IMG/VR virus record: IMGVR_UViG_3300035670_000636
Location: 1 to 37,759 of that record
DNA: 37,759 nt
Reading direction: 5' to 3' (one strand)
DNA from: a virus
Taxonomy: Duplodnaviria > Caudoviricetes
Position numbers and translations under genes: made by a program. Below, piece by piece: positions 8,803 to 17,280 of this stretch (positions are counted from its first letter, which is position 1; each line of letters starts with the position of its first letter). The notes below the pieces were generated by a model. It was not told where the DNA came from, searched no databases, and worked only from the letters and a program-made list of their open reading frames with translations.

Positions 8803-9559
8803 TCGCGCAGTGCGGCCGCCAGGGCGCCTGCTGTCAAACCCATGCCAGCGATCCCGTAAAGCGGATGCGTGCCACGCACCAGGCTGTCGCGGACCACTTC
8901 CTCGGGCTTCTTGCCCGTGACGCGTGCCGTGCGCTCAATCGCTCACGCGCCTCGGGTGTATCGAACTCGGCGGTGTACTTGTCGATCGTCGCCTGCTTCT
9001 TGGGTAGCGCATCGGTGACCGTGCGGCCCTTGAGCGGGTACTTGGTGGCATCGGCATAAAAGCGTTTCTCGACGTCGAAATAAGGCGTGTAGTTGTTTTT
9101 GTCGATGTCTTTTTGCGCAGCCTTGCGGGCCTTCTCAACGGCCTGCGCCTCGGCAGAGTTTTGCTTCTGCAAAAACTCCTTGCCAGTCTTGGGATCGGTG
9201 GCCAGCACCGGTGGCGCGGTGTCGGGATACTCACGCGCAACCTTGGCGCGGTCATAGCCGGCGTCAGGCTTGCGTAAGGCATCAATGACCGCATCGCCTT
9301 TGCGTGCCTTGTTCGCAGCGCGAGTCACGCCACCGACCACTGGCAACGCGCCCAGGCCTGAGAGCACCATGCCGAGCTTGTCGTCTTCACGCCTGGCGCG
9401 CTCAAAGTCGCGAGCGCTTAGTGCCGTGCCGATGCCAGGCAAGAACCCGGCACCGATGTCTGCAGCCATATCGCCCAGGTCAGAGTCCTGCGGCGTGTCC
9501 AGCGAAACAAACTTGCGAGCCCTGTTGCGCAGGGCGTTGATGACGTCTTGCGGTTCCAT
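8781..9559 (-). pseudogene. Pre-toxin-TG-like protein disrupted by a frameshift (probable internal deletion) near 8940
   Basis: N-terminal GFLPGIGTALSARDF...LGALPVVGG motif; after ...PEARERL the frame turns Arg/Ala-rich and implausible, while the -1 frame (8942..8781) reads AIERTARVTGKKPEEVVRDSLVRGTHPLYGIAGMGLTAGALAAALRDQDGEDM*. Confidence 0.55.
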
Positions 9560-9566
9560 TAAGTCC

Positions 9567-9932
9567 TCACTTGAGCATGCGCAGCTTGTAAATCGTGATC
9601 TGGTACAGCTTCACAATCTCATCGATCGTGTTTTGCAGCGCCGTCTCGCTCTTCTCGCACACCTGGTAGCGGTTTTTCTCGATCCACTCCATGTGCGACT
9701 CGAGCTCGCCGGCGACATCCTCTTGCAAATCGCACTTGTCGATCGCCACCTTCAAGCGCTTGCCGTAATAGCCCTGGTACTGCTCAACAAACGTGTCCAT
9801 GAGATCGCCCAGGCCCTCGTAAAACTCGCCCAGCGCCATGTGCTTGCTGTAGCTGTCGGTCGCCCAGTGCGCCACATGCCCTAGTGAGCGCGATTTGATG
9901 AGCAGCGAGGCTAGGTCGTTGGCTTTTTCCAT
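9567..9932 (-). CDS. Dps/ferritin-like four-helix protein (DUF5856-like)
   Basis: HVAHWATDSYSKHMALGEFY...DTFVEQYQG...YKLRMLK motifs. Confidence 0.75.
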   Translation of the reverse strand: MEKANDLASLLIKSRSLGHVAHWATDSYSKHMALGEFYEGLGDLMDTFVEQYQGYYGKRLKVAIDKCDLQEDVAGELESHMEWIEKNRYQVCEKSETALQNTIDEIVKLYQITIYKLRMLK

Positions 9933-9940
9933 GTCTTACC

Positions 9941-11881
9941 TCACTGCATCGGTGGCATCGAGCCCTGCACGGGCGGCATCGGGGGTGCTGCCGGGGGCAG
10001 CTGTGGCTGTGGCTGCAGCATCCCCATCTGCATCGCCTTCATGCGTGCATCCATCTCGCTGTTGGCAGCCTTGGCCATGCGCTCCTTCGCGCCGGCCTGC
10101 TTCTCAGCGACCTCGGCCTCCTGCAAGGGGCTGGGACCAGGCGGCTGAATGCCCTGCTGCTTAAGGCCGCTGATCGCCTGGTCAAGGATCGATTCGATCT
10201 GGGTGCTGACGCGAAACTTGCTGATGCTCCACTGCAAGAGACTCAGCAGCACCGGCGCTGCACCTGGTACTTGCTGCGCCATCGGTGCCACCTGGCTGAT
10301 GAATGCGCCCAGGCCCTGCATGAACTGCACCGCGGCGTCACGCTCGGCGGCCCAGTCAAGCGCGGCCATCGAGTCGGCCTCGACGCTGACCCGGTACTCG
10401 GCCATCCGCTCGTCTTTGAGCAGCTGAATGGCTTGCATCGCAAGCGCTGCATCGGGCGTGCGCTCGATGTTGCTGCGCTGAATGATCGTCTGTGGCTGCC
10501 AGTGCTTGCAGATGATCTCGGCCTTGATCCGCAATGCGTGGCTGATCCACTCAGCGATGTAGAACTGCATCAGCTGGATGCGGGTAGAGCCAAACTGCGC
10601 CTTGATCTGCTGGGCTGTTGCGGTTTCACTAGCGCGGCTTGATCCTCGCATCACGTCAGAGATGCCAAGGACCTCGTAGATCTGCATGACTTTGTCTTGC
10701 CGGTACTGCCGCAGCTGGTTGATCGCGTTGACCACCTGGTCGATCGGGACCCAGTCCACCTGGCCCTTGATCCCGCCGCGCTCGGAGAACAGTGCCCAGT
10801 TATCGACCGGGATCAGCTGGTTTTCGGTGCCCTGGTTGAAGACACGCTGAACACCCTCGGCACTCTTGTCGTAGACGCCGACCACCTTCGCAGCACGCGT
10901 CAGCCAGGTGATGCGGGTGTTGATCTCATCAAGCTCGTTGAACTGGTCCTGGGCAAAGATGTAATCGGCCCGCGGCATGAAGTTGGAGCTGGTCAGATTG
11001 GCCGCGACAGGCTTGGGGCACGGGAAGAACCCATCGAGCTGCAGCGGGTCGTCCTTCACATCCAGGATGACGTCAGCGCCGTTGGCGTACCAGTAGACCT
11101 TCTTGTTCTCCTTGCACCAAATCTCAAACACCTGAGCCTTGTTCCAGGGGTCGTACTTGGGAGAATCGTCGCGGACGTCCTTGGGGCCGCCTTGCTTGCC
11201 CAGCGGAATGATCTTGGCGATCTCTTCGCCAAAGCGCTCAGTCAGCTGGTCCTTGGTCATGTACACACGACGCGCAACCCAGCGAACCTCAGCCCAGGTG
11301 CGTGCCGGTGACCAGAGAAAATCGCGCCAGTGGATGTAATCGCAGGGCGCATCCTCATCGACAATCCGCTCGGCCTCGGTTTCTGGCGTGAGCTCCATCC
11401 CGGTCATCGGATCCACCTGCGCCGGGATCATGTAGGGCTCGGTCTTGACCTCGTAGCGCATCCAGATCTGACCAAGACCCACCACCAGCCAGTCCTCGAT
11501 GCCCTGGCGCACCGAGGCGTCCCACTGGCTGATGTTCTCATCGAACCCGCGGTTCAAAAGTCGCTGCAGGATCGTGCCGGCGACGCGTGCGACGTCGTCC
11601 TCATAGTCCTGGTAGGTCCTCGAGACGTCGGCCTTGGGTGGCCTGGCGTACAGCATCGAGAGCAGGACCTTGGTGGTGGACCAAAAAAGGTTCACCTTTG
11701 ACTGGTCCTTGCCAAAGTCGTCGCGCTTGTCCAGGTAGCGGTGCGTGATCCGCGTCGCGTCTTCGTGGAACTTGGTCAGCTCCTGCTCGGCGGCGGTGAT
11801 TTCGGTATTCCAGCGCTGCGCAAGCCCGATCGGGGTGCTTTCAAAGTCGCTGGCGCTGGTAATTGTTGCTTCATTAGCCAT
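9941..11881 (-). CDS. Portal protein
   Basis: 646 aa directly after TerL; ETATAQQIKAQFG motif; Gln/Pro-rich C-terminal tail. Confidence 0.88.
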   Translation of the reverse strand: MANEATITSASDFESTPIGLAQRWNTEITAAEQELTKFHEDATRITHRYLDKRDDFGKDQSKVNLFWSTTKVLLSMLYARPPKADVSRTYQDYEDDVARVAGTILQRLLNRGFDENISQWDASVRQGIEDWLVVGLGQIWMRYEVKTEPYMIPAQVDPMTGMELTPETEAERIVDEDAPCDYIHWRDFLWSPARTWAEVRWVARRVYMTKDQLTERFGEEIAKIIPLGKQGGPKDVRDDSPKYDPWNKAQVFEIWCKENKKVYWYANGADVILDVKDDPLQLDGFFPCPKPVAANLTSSNFMPRADYIFAQDQFNELDEINTRITWLTRAAKVVGVYDKSAEGVQRVFNQGTENQLIPVDNWALFSERGGIKGQVDWVPIDQVVNAINQLRQYRQDKVMQIYEVLGISDVMRGSSRASETATAQQIKAQFGSTRIQLMQFYIAEWISHALRIKAEIICKHWQPQTIIQRSNIERTPDAALAMQAIQLLKDERMAEYRVSVEADSMAALDWAAERDAAVQFMQGLGAFISQVAPMAQQVPGAAPVLLSLLQWSISKFRVSTQIESILDQAISGLKQQGIQPPGPSPLQEAEVAEKQAGAKERMAKAANSEMDARMKAMQMGMLQPQPQLPPAAPPMPPVQGSMPPMQ

Positions 11882-13225
11882 TTAGCCAATCCTCGCGTCC
11901 TGTTGAGGGGCCGTATCCCAAATATCCTCAAGCGAGAACGCGTAATGCGCACCAGGCTTGACGGCTGGTGAGATTTTATGCTCCCGGCGTGGTTTGCTCA
12001 CCGTTTGCCGCGCAGCCAGCGCGAGATACCGAAAGCTGTCAGCCGCGTGTGAGTGCTGGTCATGCCGCGGTTTTGAGCGGTAGGTCTGCGTCTTCTCGTC
12101 AAATTCGCGCATGTAGGCCCGCAGATGCTCAACGCCGTCGTAAGTCGGCTCCTCATCGAAGTAGCAGCGCGGGATCGTCAGCCTGGCGGCCTCGATGCCG
12201 TCTTGCAATGACATCTCCGGGACCAGGTTGGGCCGGATGCCGTTCTTCAAAAACTGCTCGATAATCGATTTGCCGGTTTGTAGGCTTTTTGCGCGTGCGT
12301 CGTGTGGCAGCCAGACGCCTTGCGGGTTGACCAGGTAGGGCCTGGACTTGATCCAGTCGATGTAATGCTGAATCGGCTGGTTGTCGGCCTCGTAAAACTC
12401 GACCACGCGGATGCCGTCGTAGGTTTCCTGCCAGCCCCACCAGCTGCAGCTGTCGGTAAACCCCAGGTCAGCGACCAGGTTGACCGGAAACGCCTTGTCC
12501 AGTGGGTGCTTGCCGATGCGCCCCTGCTCGTAGGCCTCGCCAATCTGCTTGGCGTAGTAGGCACCCGGCACCGCGGCATCGAATGAGCACTCGTACTCCA
12601 CCGCGTAGGCCTCTTCGGTCATCTGCGCCTTCGCGTCCAGCAGCTCATCGGGGTGAATGATCCCGGTCTTGGAGGCCGGCAGCTCGATCAGCAGGTGCGA
12701 GTTGGGGTTGAGCCTGGCCTCTTCGCGGAGGTTCCAGAACAGGTTCTTGCCGCGGGGGGTCCCGGCGAAGATCGCCCAGCCCCTCCTGTCGCTTAAGGCC
12801 GGCCGGATGACGGTGTACCAGGCAGACGGGCGCATGTCCCCGACTTCATCGAGCACTGCGCCATCGAAGTACATCCCGCGCAGGGCGTCGTAGTTGTCGG
12901 CCCCAGCCACAAAGATGGTCGACTCGCCCTTGTGGCCGTTGTTGATCGTGATCTTCAGCTCGCTTTCGTTGGGGGGCTTGGACCAAAACGGCCGCGTCAG
13001 GTCCTTCAAGTAGCCCCACGCGACGCGCTTGGCCTGGTCGCGCTGCGGTGCCAGGTAGGCGAACTGCGGTTTGGGGAGCGCCGTCTCGAGCGCGCCGATC
13101 ACCAGGTCAGCGCACATCGCGACCGTCTTGCCGCAGCGGCGGTGCGCTACCACCACCGACCAGCGCTTGGCGCGGTTGTGCAGCGGCAGGAATACGCTCC
13201 TGGGCTGATACTCCTGCAGGTTCAC
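11882..13225 (-). CDS. terL: Terminase large subunit
   Basis: Walker A HRRCGKT, Walker B AVLDE, GTPRG coupling motif, nuclease ADLG and SHAADSFRY. Confidence 0.95.
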   Translation of the reverse strand: MNLQEYQPRSVFLPLHNRAKRWSVVVAHRRCGKTVAMCADLVIGALETALPKPQFAYLAPQRDQAKRVAWGYLKDLTRPFWSKPPNESELKITINNGHKGESTIFVAGADNYDALRGMYFDGAVLDEVGDMRPSAWYTVIRPALSDRRGWAIFAGTPRGKNLFWNLREEARLNPNSHLLIELPASKTGIIHPDELLDAKAQMTEEAYAVEYECSFDAAVPGAYYAKQIGEAYEQGRIGKHPLDKAFPVNLVADLGFTDSCSWWGWQETYDGIRVVEFYEADNQPIQHYIDWIKSRPYLVNPQGVWLPHDARAKSLQTGKSIIEQFLKNGIRPNLVPEMSLQDGIEAARLTIPRCYFDEEPTYDGVEHLRAYMREFDEKTQTYRSKPRHDQHSHAADSFRYLALAARQTVSKPRREHKISPAVKPGAHYAFSLEDIWDTAPQQDARIG

Positions 13226-13386
13226 TCGTGGCGTGCCTTACGGACCTCGACCTGCATCTCGTAGTGGCCCATCGCAAACGGCTCCAGGGGCTTTGTCTCG
13301 ATCGTGATCACGTAGCCGGCCTGGCGCGCCATCTCGACCAAGCGCTGCGCACGCTGCTCGATCACTTCCTTCAAATCGTCGCTCAT
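13222..13386 (-). CDS. Small hypothetical protein (54 aa)
   Basis: MSDDLKEVIEQRAQRLVEMARQAGYVITIETKPLEPFAMGHYEMQVEVRKARHE*; ATGA and GTGA overlaps with both neighbours; below ORF-track cutoff. Confidence 0.65.
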   Translation of the reverse strand: MSDDLKEVIEQRAQRLVEMARQAGYVITIETKPLEPFAMGHYEMQVEVRKARHE

Positions 13387-13664
13387 CGCATCGTCCCCTG
13401 TAGTCTGTCCGCGACCAGCTTGGCGTAGCCGGCGATGTCGATCCAGCTGTCGGCGTAGTCCGGGTCGCCGTTCACGATCCGGCCGATCTTGTGGCAGATC
13501 ATCTCGAGCGCTTCCACCTGGTCGTCGTCTAAGGTCTTCTTGCGTGCGTCGAGCTCCTGGCGGATAACGGTCTTGAGCGTCTGGGTGACCTCGGCGTGGT
13601 GCTTGAAGATTCCGTAGCGGCTGCCCCGCTCGTTCAATGTCTCGGTGATTTGGTCGTGGTTCAT
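13383..13664 (-). CDS. DUF6378-like protein
   Basis: TLNERGSRYG...KIGRIVNGDPDYADSWIDIAGYAKL signature. Confidence 0.8.
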   Translation of the reverse strand: MNHDQITETLNERGSRYGIFKHHAEVTQTLKTVIRQELDARKKTLDDDQVEALEMICHKIGRIVNGDPDYADSWIDIAGYAKLVADRLQGTMR

Positions 13665-13834
13665 TACAGGCCCTTAGAGCGATTTTCTTAATGGGTTAAG
13701 GGGTTGGCATCACCCAGGGCGCAATCGTCGCCTGTGGCTTGATCTGAGCGGTCCTGGCGGGGGTTCTGGTTCATGGCGAGGTTGAAAAAGGCTGGTATGG
13801 GGTACAGAGAGTGGGTGGGGGGCCCCAGCTTCGG

Positions 13835-14362
13835 CTAGCCCCCTGCCCCCGGCTTTGAGGGGGGATGGGGGTCTGGAAATGCCGATCGCTCTGGATCCTG
13901 TGACGTTTCCGCCTCCTGAGCTACGGGTTGCGGATCAATGATCCGGTAACTCCCGCCTGTTTCCTCTTTCAATTCAATGACTTGCGGCACTGCCTGCTGC
14001 AATTGTGCCGTTGATGCGCCAACTTGCCGGCCGCCGAGCCAGCCGAGCTCGAGCTTGATGCCGCCGTCGATGTTTGCGTTCAGCTGCACCGGCACGAACT
14101 TGTTGACCACCGACGCGAAGATCTGCCGGTCGCCCAGGCTGCCCTTGGCGCGCTCCACCAGCCACCCTGCCAGCCCCTGCGGGTGGCACTGGCCAGGCTG
14201 GATCGCCTGCTCGATCGCCTGCTTCACCGTCACGGTGACGCGGTTGGGCGTGCCCTTGACGCGGCCGGCCGGCATCTCGGCCCCGTTGATCGGGCTCCGA
14301 ACCACTCCCTTTCGCGTCCCGACTTTAGGGACACCCTCAGCAGGCCTCTCAACAACCTCCAC
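13835..14362 (-). CDS. terS: Putative terminase small subunit
   Basis: GRVKGTPNRVT..VKQAI motif and FASVVNKFVP, typical of TerS-like proteins; upstream of terL. Confidence 0.65.
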   Translation of the reverse strand: MEVVERPAEGVPKVGTRKGVVRSPINGAEMPAGRVKGTPNRVTVTVKQAIEQAIQPGQCHPQGLAGWLVERAKGSLGDRQIFASVVNKFVPVQLNANIDGGIKLELGWLGGRQVGASTAQLQQAVPQVIELKEETGGSYRIIDPQPVAQEAETSQDPERSAFPDPHPPSKPGAGG

Positions 14363-14374
14363 ATTGCCCCCTTC

Positions 14375-14611
14375 TCATCGCGTTTCGATAACCCGATCAT
14401 CCCACACTGCGCAAGCCAGCATCGCCGCAATCAGCGCCACCAGCAGCTCCAGGAACGGCACCACCAGATCAGCCAGGCTCACCTGGCTCAACGGCGTCAT
14501 CAACGCGTGCCGGCCATCGATGAACCCCTCAACGCCCAACCAGACCGCAAACGCCCCGGCCAACCCGGCCAACACCGCGCACTTCAACCAGCGACCTGCT
14601 CGCCTGACCAT
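14375..14611 (-). CDS. Small membrane protein (2 predicted TM helices)
   Basis: Two hydrophobic stretches (AVLAGLAGAFAVWLGV; LVVPFLELLVALIAAMLACAVW); start uncertain (14611 or 14629). Confidence 0.45.
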   Translation of the reverse strand: MVRRAGRWLKCAVLAGLAGAFAVWLGVEGFIDGRHALMTPLSQVSLADLVVPFLELLVALIAAMLACAVWDDRVIETR

Positions 14612-14643
14612 CACACCCCAATCACCCATCCCGACCCCCTTTT

Positions 14644-14859
14644 TGCACGCACCCTCGCCAACGTGAGTGCAGATCTGCACGCACCCTCTCACCCCCTGCA
14701 CGCACTGCACGCACCCACCCCACACCCATACAGGGTGAGTGTGCGTGCAACTTTTCGCAGGCCTAGACGGCCCCCTTTTGTCGGGGGCCCGTCGTCTAGG
14801 CACCCTGCTGCACCCAGGCTGCACTCACACCTGCGTGCAACGTGCGTGCGGTGAGTGCA
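14644..14859. repeat. Iteron-like TGCAC(G/T)CAC array around a central hairpin (putative replication origin or packaging site)
   Basis: TGCACGCAC at 14644, 14676, 14697, 14706; TGCACTCAC at 14820; inverted copies at 14663, 14741, 14831, 14842, 14851; stem GCCTAGACG(14761)/CGTCTAGGC(14793). Confidence 0.7.
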
Positions 14860-14864
14860 GGCCC

Positions 14865-15815
14865 TCAAACCACCACCCCGCCACGAAAATAGGCCGTCCC
14901 TTCGACCACCTCGCACAGCTCCGGCGGCAGCAGCAATCCCTCCGCGTCATAGGTCAGGACCGCGAACCCCTGGCACCACGGCCGCGGGTTGTCTTCCGCG
15001 TACATGAACTGCATATCCAAGGGATCAGCCAGCATCCCGGTGCTGACGCCATAGCGTCGGCCGGTGTAGTCCACCCAAGGGCTCACCGACAGCAAATGCG
15101 TGTGCCCGGTGACGGTGCTGATGCCGCCCTTGAGGGTGTTGTTGTAGCCGCTGTGGATCCCGCCATGGATCCGGTGCTTGATCATCGTGTTGTCGTTGAC
15201 CTTGAGCGACCAGCTGCTTGACCACTCGGGCAGGTGGTCCTTGAGCGTCGTCCCGCCGATGTCCCTGTACTCGGGGACCATGCTCGCCAGGCGCTTGTCA
15301 AACCGGATGTCGTGGTTGCCTATCGTCCGGTGCAGGATCGCGCCTCTGGCGGCCTTCTGGACGTCTCTCATGCGATCAATGACCGCGTCGAGCTCTTGCC
15401 TGAGCGTTGGCTTGGTTTCCCAGCCGATGGGGCCATGGCCGTGGATCGTGCCGCCGTCGAGGATGTCACCGTTGGCGACGATCAGCTTGGGCTTGAGCTG
15501 CTTGATGAGCTTGATGAGCGCCTGGTGCCCGATCGATGGCTCGCCAGGCATGTAGTGCGCATCGGAAAAGACGATCACCACGCCCGAGATGTCCGCGATC
15601 GATCGGACCTTGTCGTAAGCGTGGGTGATCTTGGTGGCGATGGATCGCTGGTCTGCGCTGGTGGGCAGCTCGATCTGGAGCCTGTTTTCGATCGATCGCC
15701 GTCTGAACATGACAGCGCGCTGATTGACCCGCAAGCGCTCTGCCACTTTGGTTGGACTCTGAAGCTCGCGCCAAAGGGCAATGAACTCCTGATCGCTGCA
15801 TGTCGGTGCTGCCAT
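14865..15815 (-). CDS. Calcineurin-like metallophosphoesterase with N-terminal HTH-like region
   Basis: Motifs SDAH, GDILD, GNHD, KH, GHTH in the expected order. Confidence 0.85.
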   Translation of the reverse strand: MAAPTCSDQEFIALWRELQSPTKVAERLRVNQRAVMFRRRSIENRLQIELPTSADQRSIATKITHAYDKVRSIADISGVVIVFSDAHYMPGEPSIGHQALIKLIKQLKPKLIVANGDILDGGTIHGHGPIGWETKPTLRQELDAVIDRMRDVQKAARGAILHRTIGNHDIRFDKRLASMVPEYRDIGGTTLKDHLPEWSSSWSLKVNDNTMIKHRIHGGIHSGYNNTLKGGISTVTGHTHLLSVSPWVDYTGRRYGVSTGMLADPLDMQFMYAEDNPRPWCQGFAVLTYDAEGLLLPPELCEVVEGTAYFRGGVVV

Positions 15816-15888
15816 TCAAAATTCCTTACAAAATCATTTGGTCGCCCCTTTTATCAAATGACGTGAAGTCAATGATGAAATCTAAAAC

Positions 15889-16071
15889 TTAGTCTTTCCT
15901 CATTCGCTTGGCGATCAGCTCGGCTTGCTCCCGAACGACGCGCACCTGGTGCAAAAGCGCCCTCGATTGCTCTGCTATGGCCTCCATTTGCGCCTCGAGC
16001 TTGATTGCTGGGGGTGTTGATTCGATTAAGTCATTGACTAAAGTCTTACGCGCCATCTCGAAAATATTCAT
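15889..16071 (-). CDS. Small coiled-coil hypothetical protein
   Basis: ATG 16071 (MNIFEMARKTL...) overlaps the upstream stop (ATGA). Confidence 0.55.
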   Translation of the reverse strand: MNIFEMARKTLVNDLIESTPPAIKLEAQMEAIAEQSRALLHQVRVVREQAELIAKRMRKD

Positions 16072-16268
16072 GTACAGGTCCCTTTCAAAAGTGCTTGTTT
16101 GATCTCTTGCGTCATCTTCGGCAGAGGTGCCCAGGCCACAGCCCACTCCGCCCATGTGCCCACGACGCAGACGCCGCCAGGATTGAGTAGCAGCATCTTC
16201 ACGCCCAGCGGTGGTATTTCCTCTTGCGGTGTGCGCCAGCTAGCCTGGCCGGCGACGTAGTCCTTCAC
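16068..16268 (-). CDS. Phage hypothetical protein
   Basis: PPLGVKMLLL..GGVCVVGTW...AWAPLP pattern; coupled overlaps. Confidence 0.65.
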   Translation of the reverse strand: MKDYVAGQASWRTPQEEIPPLGVKMLLLNPGGVCVVGTWAEWAVAWAPLPKMTQEIKQALLKGTCT

Positions 16269-16582
16269 GCTTCCGCCCCCTGATTCACCAGGTGACGCAG
16301 CTCAACCACCCTCGCGCACTCGCGCAGCTTCGAGACGTTGGTGCGCTTCATGACCTCGATCGCGATCGCGACAAACGTCTCGACCTCAGCGCGCTCCTCA
16401 TCGCCCCAGCCAATCAAGTCAGCGACGCAGGCCTTGAGCCGCGGATCCTTCAAGCGCGAGACAGCGTCCGCGACATACTCGAGATCCTCACGCGATACGG
16501 CTGCGCGCTGGCGCAGCAGCTCATACATCCGATCGGCTTGTGCGGCGACAAAGTCAGCACCTGGTTTGGCTCTGCTGGTCAT
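16265..16582 (-). CDS. Phage hypothetical protein
   Basis: GGAGG SD before ATG 16582 (MTSRAKPGADF...); ATGA overlap. Confidence 0.6.
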   Translation of the reverse strand: MTSRAKPGADFVAAQADRMYELLRQRAAVSREDLEYVADAVSRLKDPRLKACVADLIGWGDEERAEVETFVAIAIEVMKRTNVSKLRECARVVELRHLVNQGAEA

Positions 16583-16797
16583 GCCATGTCCTCCCGGTCC
16601 ATCAGCTTCCACTCCTCGCCCTCGTAGACGATCCTGCGAGCGCGCTGCATGGCACCGTCCCAGCCGGCCTTGAAGATCGCGTAGGTGTTGCGGTTCATGC
16701 TGTCCATGCCATAGGTCTTGCAATAGATCAGCCAGGCCTGCTGCACGTTCATCTCAGGTGCCTGCTCGGCACGCTTGAACGGTCTTTGGTCGCTCAT
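16579..16797 (-). CDS. Phage hypothetical protein
   Basis: Coupled ORF with IFKAGWDGA motif. Confidence 0.6.
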   Translation of the reverse strand: MSDQRPFKRAEQAPEMNVQQAWLIYCKTYGMDSMNRNTYAIFKAGWDGAMQRARRIVYEGEEWKLMDREDMA

Positions 16798-17102
16798 ACC
16801 CTCGCCCCTATGCCGAATGGGTTGTGATAGCTAAACGTCGGCTCGGGCTTGCGCCTCTGCGTCACGTTGGGCAGCTTCTCCACTGAGTTGAAGAACCAGA
16901 CCTTGCTAGCTCGCCAGCCCCCGGTCTTGCACTTGAACTCAAAGTGCTTATGCACCAGGCCAGCCTCGCCCAGCACTTTCATTGCGCTATGCACCGTGGC
17001 GTAGCTGCACTTGAACTTCTTTGCGAGCTCGTAGCCCTCGCAGGGCGTCTTGCGCGCTTTCAGGTAGTTCAGCATTGCTTGTTGTGTTTCAGTAAGGCGC
17101 AC
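16794..17102 (-). CDS. Winged-HTH DNA-binding protein
   Basis: LTETQQAMLNYL...ELAKKFKCSYATVHSAMKVLGEAGLV. Confidence 0.65.
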   Translation of the reverse strand: MRLTETQQAMLNYLKARKTPCEGYELAKKFKCSYATVHSAMKVLGEAGLVHKHFEFKCKTGGWRASKVWFFNSVEKLPNVTQRRKPEPTFSYHNPFGIGARV

Positions 17103-17280
17103 TTGGAATCCTCCTCAGAAAGTTATGCAGCTGGCGTCTGCGCGACTGTTGCTGCGTGCGTTTTAGGACAAGGGTTGAATCGGTACGCGCAAAGCCTTGC
17201 GCCTCCTCTTTGCTTTCGAACCGGCGAACCAGGCCCTCAGCGTCGTGGACCTCGAATCGAGGCAGGTAAGTGAACTTCAT
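17089..17280 (-). CDS. Small hypothetical protein
   Basis: ATGA overlap with the primase-helicase stop. Confidence 0.5.
   Translation of the reverse strand: MKFTYLPRFEVHDAEGLVRRFESKEEAQGFARTDSTLVLKRTQQQSRRRQLHNFLRRIPSAPY

Noticed and set aside
8930-8960. Programmed -1 ribosomal frameshift in the toxin-like gene
   Set aside because: No X XXY YYZ slippery heptamer at the junction and the -1 frame is closed by TGA just upstream; a deletion or indel is more parsimonious
13977-14916. Long ORFs across terS and the repeat array (13977..14666, 14024..14854, 14689..14916, 5' extension of 14375..14824)
   Set aside because: Antisense or low-complexity translations of the TGCACGCAC repeats; no SD or protein-like motifs
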